Assembly: GCA_032654565.1 (NCBI GenBank)
Contig: JAULAX010000015.1
Location: forward strand, 928,001-992,000
DNA from: Anaeromyxobacteraceae bacterium
GTDB lineage: Bacteria; Myxococcota; Myxococcia; Myxococcales; Anaeromyxobacteraceae
Length of the DNA stretch: 64,000 bases
Direction of reading: 5' to 3'
The notes beneath the pieces were generated by a model. The model did no database searches, was not told the origin of the DNA, and saw only the letters and a program-made list of their open reading frames with translations. The translations under genes and the position numbers were made by a program. Every line of letters starts with the position of its first letter. Position 1 is the first letter of the stretch. Below, piece after piece: positions 1 through 12,138 of this stretch.

Positions 1-681
1 CTCGACCACCAGGGGGTGATGCGAGACCACGCCACCGGTGGCCACCACCGTCCCCTCGACCCGCTCCATCTCCAGCACCCGCTTGACCACCGAGCGGTAG
101 GCGGCCCGGGCCAGGTCGGCCGGCCGCTTCCCCTGGCGGATCAACCCCAGGACCTCGGTGCCGGTGAAGACCGTGCAGAAGCTCCCCAGCTCGATCTCCT
201 CCGACGAGGTCGACGCCAGCTCCGGGAGCGCCCCGATGGGCACGTCGAGGCGGAGGGCCATCTCCTCGAGGAAGCTCCCGGTCCCGGCCGCACACTTCCG
301 GTTCATCTTGTGCGACGTGCGCCGGCCGGCCGCGTCCACCACGATGATCTTGGCGTCCTGCCCGCCGATGTCGATGACGGTGAGCGGTCCGGAGACGTAC
401 TGCAAGGCGCCGCGGGCGTGGGCATCCAGCTCGGTGCGCGATCCGGTGGCGTCGGAGATGGCGTGGCGGCCGAAGCCGGTGGTCCAGAGGGCGACCACCG
501 ACGAGCGGTCCACGTCGGCGCGCTCCAGCAGGTCGCGGACCACCCGCTCGGCGGCCGCCCTGACGTCGGCGCCGGTGCGGACGATGGCGGTGGCCAGCAC
601 CCGGCCGGCCTGGTCCACCAGGGCCGCCTTGGTGTTCCAGGAGCCGGAGTCGACCCCGACGAAGCAGGGGCCGGGGCTCAC
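1..681 (-). CDS. CoA-substrate-specific enzyme activase (HgdC/BadF/BadG/BcrA/BcrD ASKHA ATPase), 3' end outside window
   Basis: Not in the ORF track; translated by hand from GTG at 681 (GTGA overlap with upstream stop): MSPGPCFVGVDSGSWNTK...TTGFGR...IDIGGQDAK...MNRKCAAGTGSFL...SFCTVF...TGGV, i.e. canonical activase motifs with two Fe-S Cys. Confidence 0.9.
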   Translation of the reverse strand, partial: MSPGPCFVGVDSGSWNTKAALVDQAGRVLATAIVRTGADVRAAAERVVRDLLERADVDRSSVVALWTTGFGRHAISDATGSRTELDAHARGALQYVSGPLTVIDIGGQDAKIIVVDAAGRRTSHKMNRKCAAGTGSFLEEMALRLDVPIGALPELASTSSEEIELGSFCTVFTGTEVLGLIRQGKRPADLARAAYRSVVKRVLEMERVEGTVVATGGVVSHHPLVVE

Positions 682-1955
682 TGGCGCCCTCCGCCCGAGG
701 CGACCGGGCCGACGTCCTCGAGCTGCTCCACGAAGGCCTCGATGTTGGTCCGGGCCTGCTCGTCGGAGAAGCAGCGCAGGTCGTTGAGGTCGCCGTCCAG
801 TACCAGCACCGGGAGGTGGGAGGCGCGGCGGAGCCGTTGGGCCAGGCCGAAGCGGACGTTGGAGTTGTTGGGACAGGTCCGGGCGTCGTGGAAGATCAGG
901 CCGTCCACCGAGAACTCGCGGCCCATCCGCTCCAGGTAGCGCTGCTTGGGCCCCTCGGCCCGGGCGATGAAGAGCTCGAGCGAGGCCCGGGCCATGGAGC
1001 GGAGCGGGTCGCGGGGGTCGAGGGCCTCGAAGACCCAGCTGTTGCAGTAGGTCGAGGCCACCACGGTGGTCCCCAGGTCGGCGAAGAGCGCGGCCAGGTC
1101 GCGCAGCCGGCCCCAGATCGGCATCCCGTCCCAGTAGAGCCGGAAGCGCTCGCGGGGCAGGGCGCCGCGGCCCGCCCCGACGCGCTCGGCCAGCTCGGCC
1201 TTGAGGAGCTGGTAGTAGTCGCAGGCCTCGGCCGTGCCGCGCAGGACCACCGCCGGCCCCATCTGGATGGTGGCGTCGAAGAAGGAGAGCGGCGCCGGCC
1301 GCGAGGCCGAGGACCCCAGGCAGTCGCGCCACAGGTCGCTGCAGGTCCGCGAACGGCCCACCGCCAGCTCGAGCGCCGCGGCGTCGAGCCGCCGACCGGC
1401 CACCGCCTCCAGGGCAGGGATCAATCCCTCCAGCTGCCGCGTGATGGCGTCGACGTGGGAGTCCTCCACCTCGCCGAGGTCGCGGAAGGAGGTGACGCCC
1501 ACCACCGGGAGGTTCCACTCCCGGCCGTAATACTCGAACCAGTCCCGCACCTCGCGGCACTGGTTGGTGCTGTAGAGGAGCAGGTCGGGGCGCGGGGCGG
1601 CCGAGAGGCCGAAGCGCGACAGCGGGGTCTTGCGGGCCAGGTGGGCGCCGATGTCGCTGGTCAGGTAGGAGCAGATGTCCGGGGAGTAGCCCAGGGCGTG
1701 GGCCCGCCCCATCACCTCGCCGGCGACGCGGGAGGCGCCGAGCAGGGCGCCGTGGTTCTCGGGGAAGAAGACCTGGTAGCCGAGGGCGCGGAGCAGCTCC
1801 ACCGGGCCGACGCTGGTGCACCAGGCCACCGGCGCCGACCGCTCCCGGGCGGCGCGGTCCACGCCGGTGAAGTGCGCAGCCATCAGCTCCTTGAGCCGGG
1901 CCGAGGCGCTGAAGGTGGCCTCGGGGGGACGCGACGGTCGGTCAGTGCTGGCCAT
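678..1955 (-). CDS. 2-hydroxyacyl-CoA dehydratase / BCR family subunit (HadB/FldB/BcrB alpha-type)
   Basis: C-terminal part of ORF 678..5120; ATG at 1955 with GAGGAG RBS; motifs FPENH, YSPDICSY, STNQCRE, DARTCPNN, RTNIEAFVE. Confidence 0.88.
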   Translation of the reverse strand: MASTDRPSRPPEATFSASARLKELMAAHFTGVDRAARERSAPVAWCTSVGPVELLRALGYQVFFPENHGALLGASRVAGEVMGRAHALGYSPDICSYLTSDIGAHLARKTPLSRFGLSAAPRPDLLLYSTNQCREVRDWFEYYGREWNLPVVGVTSFRDLGEVEDSHVDAITRQLEGLIPALEAVAGRRLDAAALELAVGRSRTCSDLWRDCLGSSASRPAPLSFFDATIQMGPAVVLRGTAEACDYYQLLKAELAERVGAGRGALPRERFRLYWDGMPIWGRLRDLAALFADLGTTVVASTYCNSWVFEALDPRDPLRSMARASLELFIARAEGPKQRYLERMGREFSVDGLIFHDARTCPNNSNVRFGLAQRLRRASHLPVLVLDGDLNDLRCFSDEQARTNIEAFVEQLEDVGPVASGGGRQ

Positions 1956-1963
1956 GCGTCTCC

Positions 1964-2737
1964 TCAGCCCCGGGCCTGGTCGAGCGCGAAGAGGGCAGCA
2001 CCGTAGGCGCCGGCCAGGATGGGCTCGGGCAGGATCTCGACCGGGAGCAAGGAGCGGTCCGCCAGCGCCCGCACCACGCCCGGGAAGTACTCGCAGACGC
2101 CCCCGGTGATGTAGATGGGGCTGACGAAGTGATCGATCTCCAGGATCCGGTCGGCGATCGACTGCATGCACCCGAGCGCGATCTCGCCGGCGGTCGAGCC
2201 CTGCCGGAGCAGCTCGATGACCTCGACCTCGGCGAAGACCGAGCAGTAGCTCCCCACCGGTGCCGCCTTCTCCGCCGAGTTGGCCAGGTCCATGAGCCGG
2301 GTGGGGTGCACGTCGAGGTGCCGGGAGGCGAACATCAGGAAAGTGCCGATGCCCACCGCGCACTTTCGCACCGACCGGCTCGAGACCACGGTGCCCTGGG
2401 CGTCCACGTGGATGACCTTGGGGTCGCGGCCCCCGATGTCCACCACCGTCATCTCCCGCCGGGTGGTGTGCCAGGCGCCGCGGGCGTGGCAGAGGGTCTC
2501 GGCCACCGCCTGGCTGGCGATGGGCGCGCAGGAGGCGGCGAACCCGGTGACGCAGACGGCGGCCAGCTTGGCCGCCGTCACCTGGGCCTCCTGGAGGGCG
2601 TTCCCGGTGGCCTCCTGGAAGCAGTCCTGGAAGTAGCCTCGCGTCGGCACGGTGGCCCGGCCCACGACCTTGCCGTCGCCGTCGACGACCACCGTCTTGA
2701 CGCACTCGGTCCCCAGATCCGCACCGGCCACCACCAT
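1964..2737 (-). CDS. CoA-substrate-specific enzyme activase (ASKHA ATPase), divergent nucleotide-binding motifs
   Basis: ADLGTECVK, ETLCHARG, DIGGRDPK, RKCAVGIG, SYCSVFAE, TGGV; 257 aa. Confidence 0.88.
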   Translation of the reverse strand: MVVAGADLGTECVKTVVVDGDGKVVGRATVPTRGYFQDCFQEATGNALQEAQVTAAKLAAVCVTGFAASCAPIASQAVAETLCHARGAWHTTRREMTVVDIGGRDPKVIHVDAQGTVVSSRSVRKCAVGIGTFLMFASRHLDVHPTRLMDLANSAEKAAPVGSYCSVFAEVEVIELLRQGSTAGEIALGCMQSIADRILEIDHFVSPIYITGGVCEYFPGVVRALADRSLLPVEILPEPILAGAYGAALFALDQARG

Positions 2738-2761
2738 GTTCGACTCCTCGCTCTCGCCCCG

Positions 2762-5047
2762 CTAGTGCGCCGCAGCTTCGCGGAGCTTGTTGCCGCCGGC
2801 CGTGGCCGCCGCCCGCCGCTGCTCCACGAACTCGCGGAGCTGTGAGCGGATGTGATCGACCGAGACCAGCCGGAGGTCGTGGGTGTCGGCCTCGATGACG
2901 ATGGGGGTGACGCCGGTGTCGCGCCGGAGCCGGATGTGCAGCCCGGAACGCGCCGCGCTGTGGTCCGGGGCGGTCCGGGCGTCGTGGAAGATGGCGGCGT
3001 CGACGTCGTGACGGGCGAACTCGCGGGCCAGGTACTTGGCCTTGTACTCGCGCGAACGGTTCGGGTAGACCGAGGTGTAGGCGGTCGCCATGCTCTCGAT
3101 GGGGTTCTCGCGCTGCAGTCCCTGCAGGGCATAGGTCTGCGAGTACCAGGAGCCGACCACCGCAATCCCCTCGTCGAGGAAGAGGCTGGCCAGGGGGCGC
3201 AGGGCGCACCAGATGGGCGCGCCCTCCCAGAAGAAGCGGAACCGCTCGCCGGGCACCGCGGCGATCTTCCCGGCGATGCGCTGCTTGAGCTCGGCCAGCA
3301 GGATCTCGTAGTAGGTGATGGCCTCCTGGGTCCCGCGCATCAGGAGCATCGGCGCCACGTGGATGAGGGTGTCGAAGTAGGTGATGGGGCTGGGGGTGTG
3401 GCAGGCCAGGTCGAGGATGTCGCCCCAGAGCTTGGCCGCCCGGGCCGAGCGCTCCACCACCTCGGCCAGCCGGTCCTGATCGAGGGTCCGGCCGGAGGCG
3501 GCCTGGAGCCGGTCGACCAGCCGGAGCGTCTGCTGCACGGCGGCGTCGATCTCGATCTTCTCGACCTCGCCCAGGGCCGGTGGCGGGTGGAGGCCGAGCA
3601 GGGGGACGCTGAGCCGGTTGCCGTAGTACTCGAACCAGCGGGCCACGTACGAGCCGACGTTGGTGTTGTAGAGGAGGACGGCGGGGGGCGGCACGCCATC
3701 GAGGCCGTGCAGGCCGGCCAGCGGCGTCTCGCCAGCCATCATGGCCCCCACGTCGCTGGCCATCTCGCTGGAGGCGAAGGGGGAGAAGCCGTCGGCCAGG
3801 GCCAGCCGGATGTACTTCCCGGTGAGCCGGCTGGCGCCGATGAGGGCGGCGTGGTTCTCCGGAAAGTAGGGGACGTAGCCGAGGGCCCGGGCGATCTCCA
3901 CCGGGCCGTGGGTGGAGCACCAGGCCACGTTCCGGGCGCGGCTGGCCTGGGCCAGCTCGCGCCAGTAACCGCTGAGGATCTCCTTGAGCCGGGGCGCGCT
4001 CTCCAGGGGCACCCGCCCCTGCGGCATCCCGGCGAAGGGGACGCGCTCCACCGGGCGCGAGGGCAGCGTGGACTGCACGTTCTTCACCTCGGCGAGCGTC
4101 TGGGCGCCTCGCTCCTGGCGTCGCTGCTGCTGCCGCTCCCTGGAGTGGACCAGCTGGACGATGGCCCAGTTGAGCGGCGCCGGGATCCCCAGCCGCTCGG
4201 CCTCGACGACGATGCCGCCGTTCATGGCGTCGATCTCGGTGCGGAAGCCGCGCACCAGGTCCTGCCACATGGATGGGCGGTTGCGAGCCAGGGCCTTCTG
4301 CGACCGGACGATGGGGCGGTAGGGATCCTCGGGATCCTCCAGGGGCGTGCCCCGGGCCTTCATCACCTCGGCGATCTCCAGGCAGAGGCTCCGCATCAGC
4401 GCCTGCATGTCCTCGTCCTCGAGCAGCTCGCTGCAGGTCATCCCGGTGAGGGCCGAGATGGGGTTGACCACCGAGTTGTGGACCAGCTTCTGCCAGACCA
4501 CCGCGTCGACGCTCTCGACCACCTCGGTGGCCATCCCGGCCCGGCAGAAGACCTCGCCGATGGCCCGGACCTCGTCGGTGATCTTCCCGTCGACCGGCGC
4601 CACCTGGACCGGCTTGATGCCGGTGCGGTACCGCATCCGGTTGGGGCCGGTGTGCTGGATGGAGTGGAAGGTGATCCCGGTGAGGATGCGGTGGCTGTCC
4701 ACCACCGACCGGATCCGATCGACGTTGCCGATGCCGTTCTGGGTGGAGAGGATCCAGGTCTTCTCGCCGACGACCGGCAGCCCGGCGCGGATGGCGCTCT
4801 CGGTCTGGTAGCTCTTCACCGCCACGAAGAGCAGGTCGGCGGTCGGCTGCCCCTCCAGGGTGGTGACCACCTTCACGGCGACGTGCTGCTCGCCCCTGTC
4901 CGACTCGGAGAGGAAGAGCCCCTGCTCCTGGAGGAGCTTGGCGCGGGCGACGTTGGCCTCGAGGAAGGTGACGTCTTCGCCGGAGGCACCCAAACGGGCC
5001 CCGATGAGGCCGCCGAGCGCTCCCGCACCGAGAATCACGATCCGCAT
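2762..5047 (-). CDS. Fusion protein: N-terminal ketopantoate reductase (PanE/ApbA) family domain + C-terminal 2-hydroxyacyl-CoA dehydratase-like domain lacking Fe-S cysteines
   Basis: ATG at 5047 (MRIVILGAGALGG); KPR motifs VAVKSY, QNG, WQKLVHNSVVN, SMWQD..RTEIDAMNG; C-terminal about 410 aa paralogous to 678..1955 (VAWCSTHGPVE, FPENH). Confidence 0.88.
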   Translation of the reverse strand: MRIVILGAGALGGLIGARLGASGEDVTFLEANVARAKLLQEQGLFLSESDRGEQHVAVKVVTTLEGQPTADLLFVAVKSYQTESAIRAGLPVVGEKTWILSTQNGIGNVDRIRSVVDSHRILTGITFHSIQHTGPNRMRYRTGIKPVQVAPVDGKITDEVRAIGEVFCRAGMATEVVESVDAVVWQKLVHNSVVNPISALTGMTCSELLEDEDMQALMRSLCLEIAEVMKARGTPLEDPEDPYRPIVRSQKALARNRPSMWQDLVRGFRTEIDAMNGGIVVEAERLGIPAPLNWAIVQLVHSRERQQQRRQERGAQTLAEVKNVQSTLPSRPVERVPFAGMPQGRVPLESAPRLKEILSGYWRELAQASRARNVAWCSTHGPVEIARALGYVPYFPENHAALIGASRLTGKYIRLALADGFSPFASSEMASDVGAMMAGETPLAGLHGLDGVPPPAVLLYNTNVGSYVARWFEYYGNRLSVPLLGLHPPPALGEVEKIEIDAAVQQTLRLVDRLQAASGRTLDQDRLAEVVERSARAAKLWGDILDLACHTPSPITYFDTLIHVAPMLLMRGTQEAITYYEILLAELKQRIAGKIAAVPGERFRFFWEGAPIWCALRPLASLFLDEGIAVVGSWYSQTYALQGLQRENPIESMATAYTSVYPNRSREYKAKYLAREFARHDVDAAIFHDARTAPDHSAARSGLHIRLRRDTGVTPIVIEADTHDLRLVSVDHIRSQLREFVEQRRAAATAGGNKLREAAAH

Positions 5048-5117
5048 CGCCGGCACCTTCGACCTGCGTCATCCCGTCATGAGGAGCTTGGACCGACTGG
5101 GCTGTTCTGTTCAATGA

Positions 5118-5149
5118 CATTCTGGTACGGTTTTACGCATATTGTCCAG
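5118..5149 (-). promoter_or_regulatory. Conserved operator/promoter copy 1 (minus strand TGGACA-N18-CAGAAT containing GTA-N6-TAC)
   Basis: cattctggtacggttttacgcatattgtccag; 27/32 identical to 30380..30411; AT-rich patch in a divergent intergenic region. Confidence 0.75.
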
Positions 5150-5215
5150 CACCATCCCGGGAACCCACCGCGCGACGCGGTGCATCCAGTGCCCCCGCGG
5201 CGTGAAGGAGTACGC

Positions 5216-7180
<1,965 letters not shown>

Positions 7181-7191
7181 GGGAGCGGGTC

Positions 7192-8484
<1,293 letters not shown>

Positions 8485-8569
8485 GGCCGCCGCGCGGGCG
8501 CTGCGCCCGGCGACGGATTGCCGCATCTCCGCCGAAGCGGTTGTGCCGGTGGCAGGGGGGGGATATTCA

Positions 8570-9055
8570 ATGGCTATGTCGCACCAGAAAACCAGTTCGA
8601 CCCGGACCGATCACGGTGACGTCCGGGTCCGGGCCGCGCACCTCGCCGACCTGGCGTCGGTGGTGGCCCTCGACGCCGAGGACACCGGCATCTCCAAGCC
8701 GGACTACTGGAAGAGCCGCTTCGAGTGGTACGCCGGGCGCCGCCCCGACCGGTTCTTCCTGGTCGCCGAGCGGCAGGAGGCCATGCTCGGCTTCATCGTC
8801 GGCGAGGTCCGGGCCTGGGAGTTCGGCTCGCCGCCGAGCGGCTGGATCTTCGCCATCGGTGTGAGCCCGGAGGCGCGCCTCCACGGCCTCGGGACCATGC
8901 TCTTCGACGAGATGTGCGTCCGCCTCCGCAAGGCCGGGGTCAAGGAGGTCCGCACCATGCTGGCCAAGGACAACCACCTGATCATGTCCTTCTTCCGGAG
9001 CCTGGGGATGATGGCCGGCCCGTTCATCCAGCTGGAGAAGAGGCTCGAGCCATGA
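8570..9055 (+). CDS. GNAT family acetyltransferase, BadL-like
   Basis: GNAT fold with acetyl-CoA motif [13 protein letters not shown]; stop overlaps the Rrf2 start (ATGA). Confidence 0.8.
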   Translation: MAMSHQKTSSTRTDHGDVRVRAAHLADLASVVALDAEDTGISKPDYWKSRFEWYAGRRPDRFFLVAERQEAMLGFIVGEVRAWEFGSPPSGWIFAIGVSPEARLHGLGTMLFDEMCVRLRKAGVKEVRTMLAKDNHLIMSFFRSLGMMAGPFIQLEKRLEP

Positions 9056-9495
9056 GGGTCCAGGTGGCGACCCGCCTCGCGCTCTTCGCGGTCTTCCAGC
9101 TCGCTGCCGACCCCAGGCGGCAGCATGCCGCCGCCGAGATCGCCAACCGCTTCGGGATCTCGGTGAACCACCTCTCCAAGGTGCTGCGGACCCTCGGCCG
9201 GGCCGGGCTGGTGGAGGCGCTCCGCGGCGCCGGCGGGGGCTATCGCTTCAGGGGCAACCCGCGGCGGGTGACCCTGCTCGACGTCATCGAGCTCTTCGAG
9301 CCCATCGGCGCCGCCGAGGGCCTTCGGGATCCCGAGGGGCCGTCGGCCGAGGGGCGGGCCCTGCACCGGGTCTTCGACGAGATCGACGACATCGCCCGGG
9401 GCACGCTGAGCTCGATCTCGCTGGCCACCATGCTGACGCTGATCGAGGAGGCGCGGCGAAACGCCAGCGAGCGAGGTCGGGCCGCGGCCACCTGA
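9052..9495 (+). CDS. Rrf2 family transcriptional regulator (Cys-free, BadM-like)
   Basis: [34 protein letters not shown]...RGAGGGY..ITL/VTLLDVI pattern; no cysteines; 147 aa. Confidence 0.88.
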   Translation: MRVQVATRLALFAVFQLAADPRRQHAAAEIANRFGISVNHLSKVLRTLGRAGLVEALRGAGGGYRFRGNPRRVTLLDVIELFEPIGAAEGLRDPEGPSAEGRALHRVFDEIDDIARGTLSSISLATMLTLIEEARRNASERGRAAAT

Positions 9496-9605
9496 GCAGG
9501 GGGCAGGGACGCACCCCCGGGCGGTGGTCGGAAAGGCTTGCGAGACCGCCACCCGATGACCGAACCCGTCAGGGGCCCCGTGGGGGCTGGCGGCGGTGGC
9601 CAAGC

Positions 9606-10793
9606 TCACCGCTCCACCACCATGGCGATCCCCTGGCCGACGCCGATGCACATGGTGGCCAGGCCGAGCGACTGGCCGGTCCGGACCATGCCGTGGATCA
9701 GCGTGGTGAGCAGCCGAGCCCCGGAGCAGCCGAGCGGGTGGCCGAGCGCGATGGCCCCGCCGCTGGGGTTCACCCGCGGATCGTCCTCGGCGAGCCTCCA
9801 CCCGGTGAACACGGCCAGTGACTGGGCCGCGAAGGCCTCGTTGAGCTCGATGCGCTGGACGTCGGCCAGGGCGCGGCCGGCGCGCGCCAGGGCCTTGGCC
9901 GTGGCCGGGACCGGGCCGAGCCCCATGGTCCGTGGCGGCACCCCGGCCACCGCCACCGAGCGGAAGCGGGCCAGCGGCGTCAGGCCGTGGGCCCGGGCGT
10001 AGTCGGCCGAGGTCACCAGGACCGCGGCGGCGCCGTCGTTGAGGGTGCTGGAGTTGCCGGCGGTCACCGTGCCACCTTTCTTGAAGGCGGCGGAGAGCCG
10101 GCCCAGCCGCTCCAGGGTGGTGTCGCGGCGTGGTCCCTCGTCGGCGCTCACCGTCCCGGCCTCGACCGGCACCGGGACCAGTTCCCGCGCGAAGTGGCCG
10201 GCGTCCTGGGCGGCCACCGCCTTGCGGTGGCTGGCCAGGGCATACCGGTCCTGGGCCTCGCGGCCGAGGCCGAGCTCGGCGGCCAGGTTCTCGGCGGTCT
10301 GGCCGAGGGCGTCGGTGTGGCCCAGCGCCTCCATCCGCGGGTTCACGAAGCGCCAGCCCAGCGCGGTGTCGAAGAGCGTGCCGTTGCCGCGCGGGAGCGC
10401 CCGGTCGGGCTTGGCCATGGCCCAGGGCGCGCGCGACATCGACTCGACGCCGCCCCCCACGTAGACGTGGGCCTCGCCGCAGAGGACGGCCCGCGCCGCG
10501 GCGGCGACCGCCTCGAGCCCGGAGCCGCAGAGCCGGTTCACGGTGCAGGCGCCCACCTCGAGGGGGTAGCCGGCCAGCAGGGCGCTCATCCGGGCCACGT
10601 TGCGGCTGTCCTCGCCGGCCTGGTTGGCGCAGCCCAGGTAGACATCCTCGACGTCGGCGGCCGGCACGCCGCTCCGCTCCAGGACGGCGCGCAGCACCAC
10701 GGCGCCGAGGTCGTCGGGGCGCACCCCGGCCAGGGCGCCGCCGTAACGCCCCATGGGCGTGCGGACGGCGTCGATGATCCAGGCTTCGGCCAT
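9606..10793 (-). CDS. Thiolase, PaaJ/PcaF-like (3-oxoadipyl/3-oxopimeloyl-CoA type)
   Basis: [52 protein letters not shown]. Confidence 0.9.
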   Translation of the reverse strand: MAEAWIIDAVRTPMGRYGGALAGVRPDDLGAVVLRAVLERSGVPAADVEDVYLGCANQAGEDSRNVARMSALLAGYPLEVGACTVNRLCGSGLEAVAAAARAVLCGEAHVYVGGGVESMSRAPWAMAKPDRALPRGNGTLFDTALGWRFVNPRMEALGHTDALGQTAENLAAELGLGREAQDRYALASHRKAVAAQDAGHFARELVPVPVEAGTVSADEGPRRDTTLERLGRLSAAFKKGGTVTAGNSSTLNDGAAAVLVTSADYARAHGLTPLARFRSVAVAGVPPRTMGLGPVPATAKALARAGRALADVQRIELNEAFAAQSLAVFTGWRLAEDDPRVNPSGGAIALGHPLGCSGARLLTTLIHGMVRTGQSLGLATMCIGVGQGIAMVVER

Positions 10794-10841
10794 GTGACTC
10801 TCCGCGCCGGTCGGGCCGCTGCCCCGCCGCCGCTGCGCGCC

Positions 10842-12026
10842 CTAGCCCGAGAAGGCCTGGATCCCTGTCTGGGCCCGGCCGAGGATCAGGGCGTGGATGT
10901 CGTGGGTGCCCTCGTAGGTGTTCACCGACTCGAGGTTCATGAGGTGGCGGATGACGTGGAACTCGTCGGAGATGCCGTTGCCGCCGTGCATGTCCCGCGC
11001 CTGCCGGGCGATGGTCAGGGCCTTGCCGGCGTTGTTTCGCTTGATGAGCGAGACCATCTCCGGTGTGGCCAGGTGCTGGTCCATGAGCCGCCCGACGCGG
11101 AGGCAGGCCTGAAGGCCCAGGGTGATCTCGGTCTGCATGTCGGCCAGCTTGAGCTGGACCAGCTGGGTGGCGGCCAGTGGCCGGCCGAACTGCTTGCGGT
11201 CGAGGGTGTAGGTCAGGGCGGCGTGCCAGCAGAACTCGGCGGCGCCCATGGCGCCCCAGGCGATGCCGTAGCGGGCCTTGTTGAGGCAGCCGAAGGGGCC
11301 GCGGAGCCCGGCGGCGCCGGGGAGCCGCTGCGACTCCGCCACCGCCACCTCCTCCATGACGATCTCGCCGGTGATGGAGGTGCGCAGGCTGAACTTGCCC
11401 TCGATCTTCGGCGCCGAGAGCCCCGCCATCCCCTTCTCCAGGATGAAGCCGCGGATGACCCCCTCGTCGTCCTTGGCCCAGACGATGAAGACGTCGGCGA
11501 TCGGGGAGTTGGTGATCCACATCTTGGTCCCGTTGAGCACCCAGCCGTCACCGACCCTCCGGGCCCGGCTCCGCATGCTCCCCGGATCCGATCCGGCGTC
11601 GGGCTCGGTGAGGCCGAAGCAGCCCACCAGCTCGCCGCGGGCCAGGGGCGGCAGGTACTTCTGCCGCTGGGCCTCGGTGCCGTAGGCGTGGATGGGGTGC
11701 ATCACCAGGCTGGACTGGACGCTCATGGCGGAGCGGTAGCCGGAGTCGACCCGCTCCACCTCCCGGGCCACCAGGCCATAAGCCACGTGGGAGGCGCCGG
11801 CGCAGCCATACCCCTCGATGGTCGGCCCCAGCATGCCCAGCTCGCCGAGCTCGCGCAGGATCTCGCGGTCGAACTGCTCGCGGCGGTTGGCCTCGAGCAC
11901 CCGGGGCATGAGCCGCTCGCGGCAGTAGTCCCGGGCGCTGTCGCGCACCAGCCGCTCCTCGGGGGTGAGCTGGTCGTCGAGCCGCAGCGGGTCGGCCCAC
12001 TGGAAGGCCGGTTCGGTGGTGCTCAT
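10842..12026 (-). CDS. gcdH: Glutaryl-CoA dehydrogenase
   Basis: [59 protein letters not shown]. Confidence 0.95.
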   Translation of the reverse strand: MSTTEPAFQWADPLRLDDQLTPEERLVRDSARDYCRERLMPRVLEANRREQFDREILRELGELGMLGPTIEGYGCAGASHVAYGLVAREVERVDSGYRSAMSVQSSLVMHPIHAYGTEAQRQKYLPPLARGELVGCFGLTEPDAGSDPGSMRSRARRVGDGWVLNGTKMWITNSPIADVFIVWAKDDEGVIRGFILEKGMAGLSAPKIEGKFSLRTSITGEIVMEEVAVAESQRLPGAAGLRGPFGCLNKARYGIAWGAMGAAEFCWHAALTYTLDRKQFGRPLAATQLVQLKLADMQTEITLGLQACLRVGRLMDQHLATPEMVSLIKRNNAGKALTIARQARDMHGGNGISDEFHVIRHLMNLESVNTYEGTHDIHALILGRAQTGIQAFSG

Positions 12027-12064
12027 GGGACTCTCCGTGGGGTTCCGGCCCGGGATGGTACCGG

Positions 12065-12122
12065 TTGACGGCCAACGTTGGATTCTGGTACTAGTTTACC
12101 GATTTGTGGTTGACCCCGTCAA
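12065..12122. promoter_or_regulatory. Overlapping divergent promoters with conserved operator copy 2 (ATTCTGGTActagttTACC)
   Basis: Plus strand TTGACG-N18-TACTAG; minus strand TTGACG-N18-TAAACT; palindromic core GGTA-N6-TACC at 12087..12100 shares ATTCTGGTAC with the other two copies. Confidence 0.65.
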
Positions 12123-12138
12123 GCTGGAGACCAGATCC

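Noticed and set aside
2762..5047. Calling the fusion plain panE, or calling the 1-5047 operon a duplicate bcr operon
   Set aside because: The protein is more than twice PanE length, and the subunits lack the BcrA insertion and the BcrB/BcrC signature sequences seen at 15157-19862
678..5120. 1480-aa minus-strand ORF as one giant protein
   Set aside because: Only the last 425 aa (from ATG 1955) are protein-like; the rest is an Arg/Pro/Gly-rich off-frame read of the real genes
2852..5215. N-terminal extension of the 1442-aa plus-strand ORF
   Set aside because: Antisense shadow of the fusion gene; the real gene starts at ATG 5216 after an RBS
12110..12122. TTGAC-ccc-GTCAA as an FNR/AadR box
   Set aside because: The spacer is 3 nt, not the 4 nt of TTGAT-N4-ATCAA; better explained as containing the minus-strand -35 element
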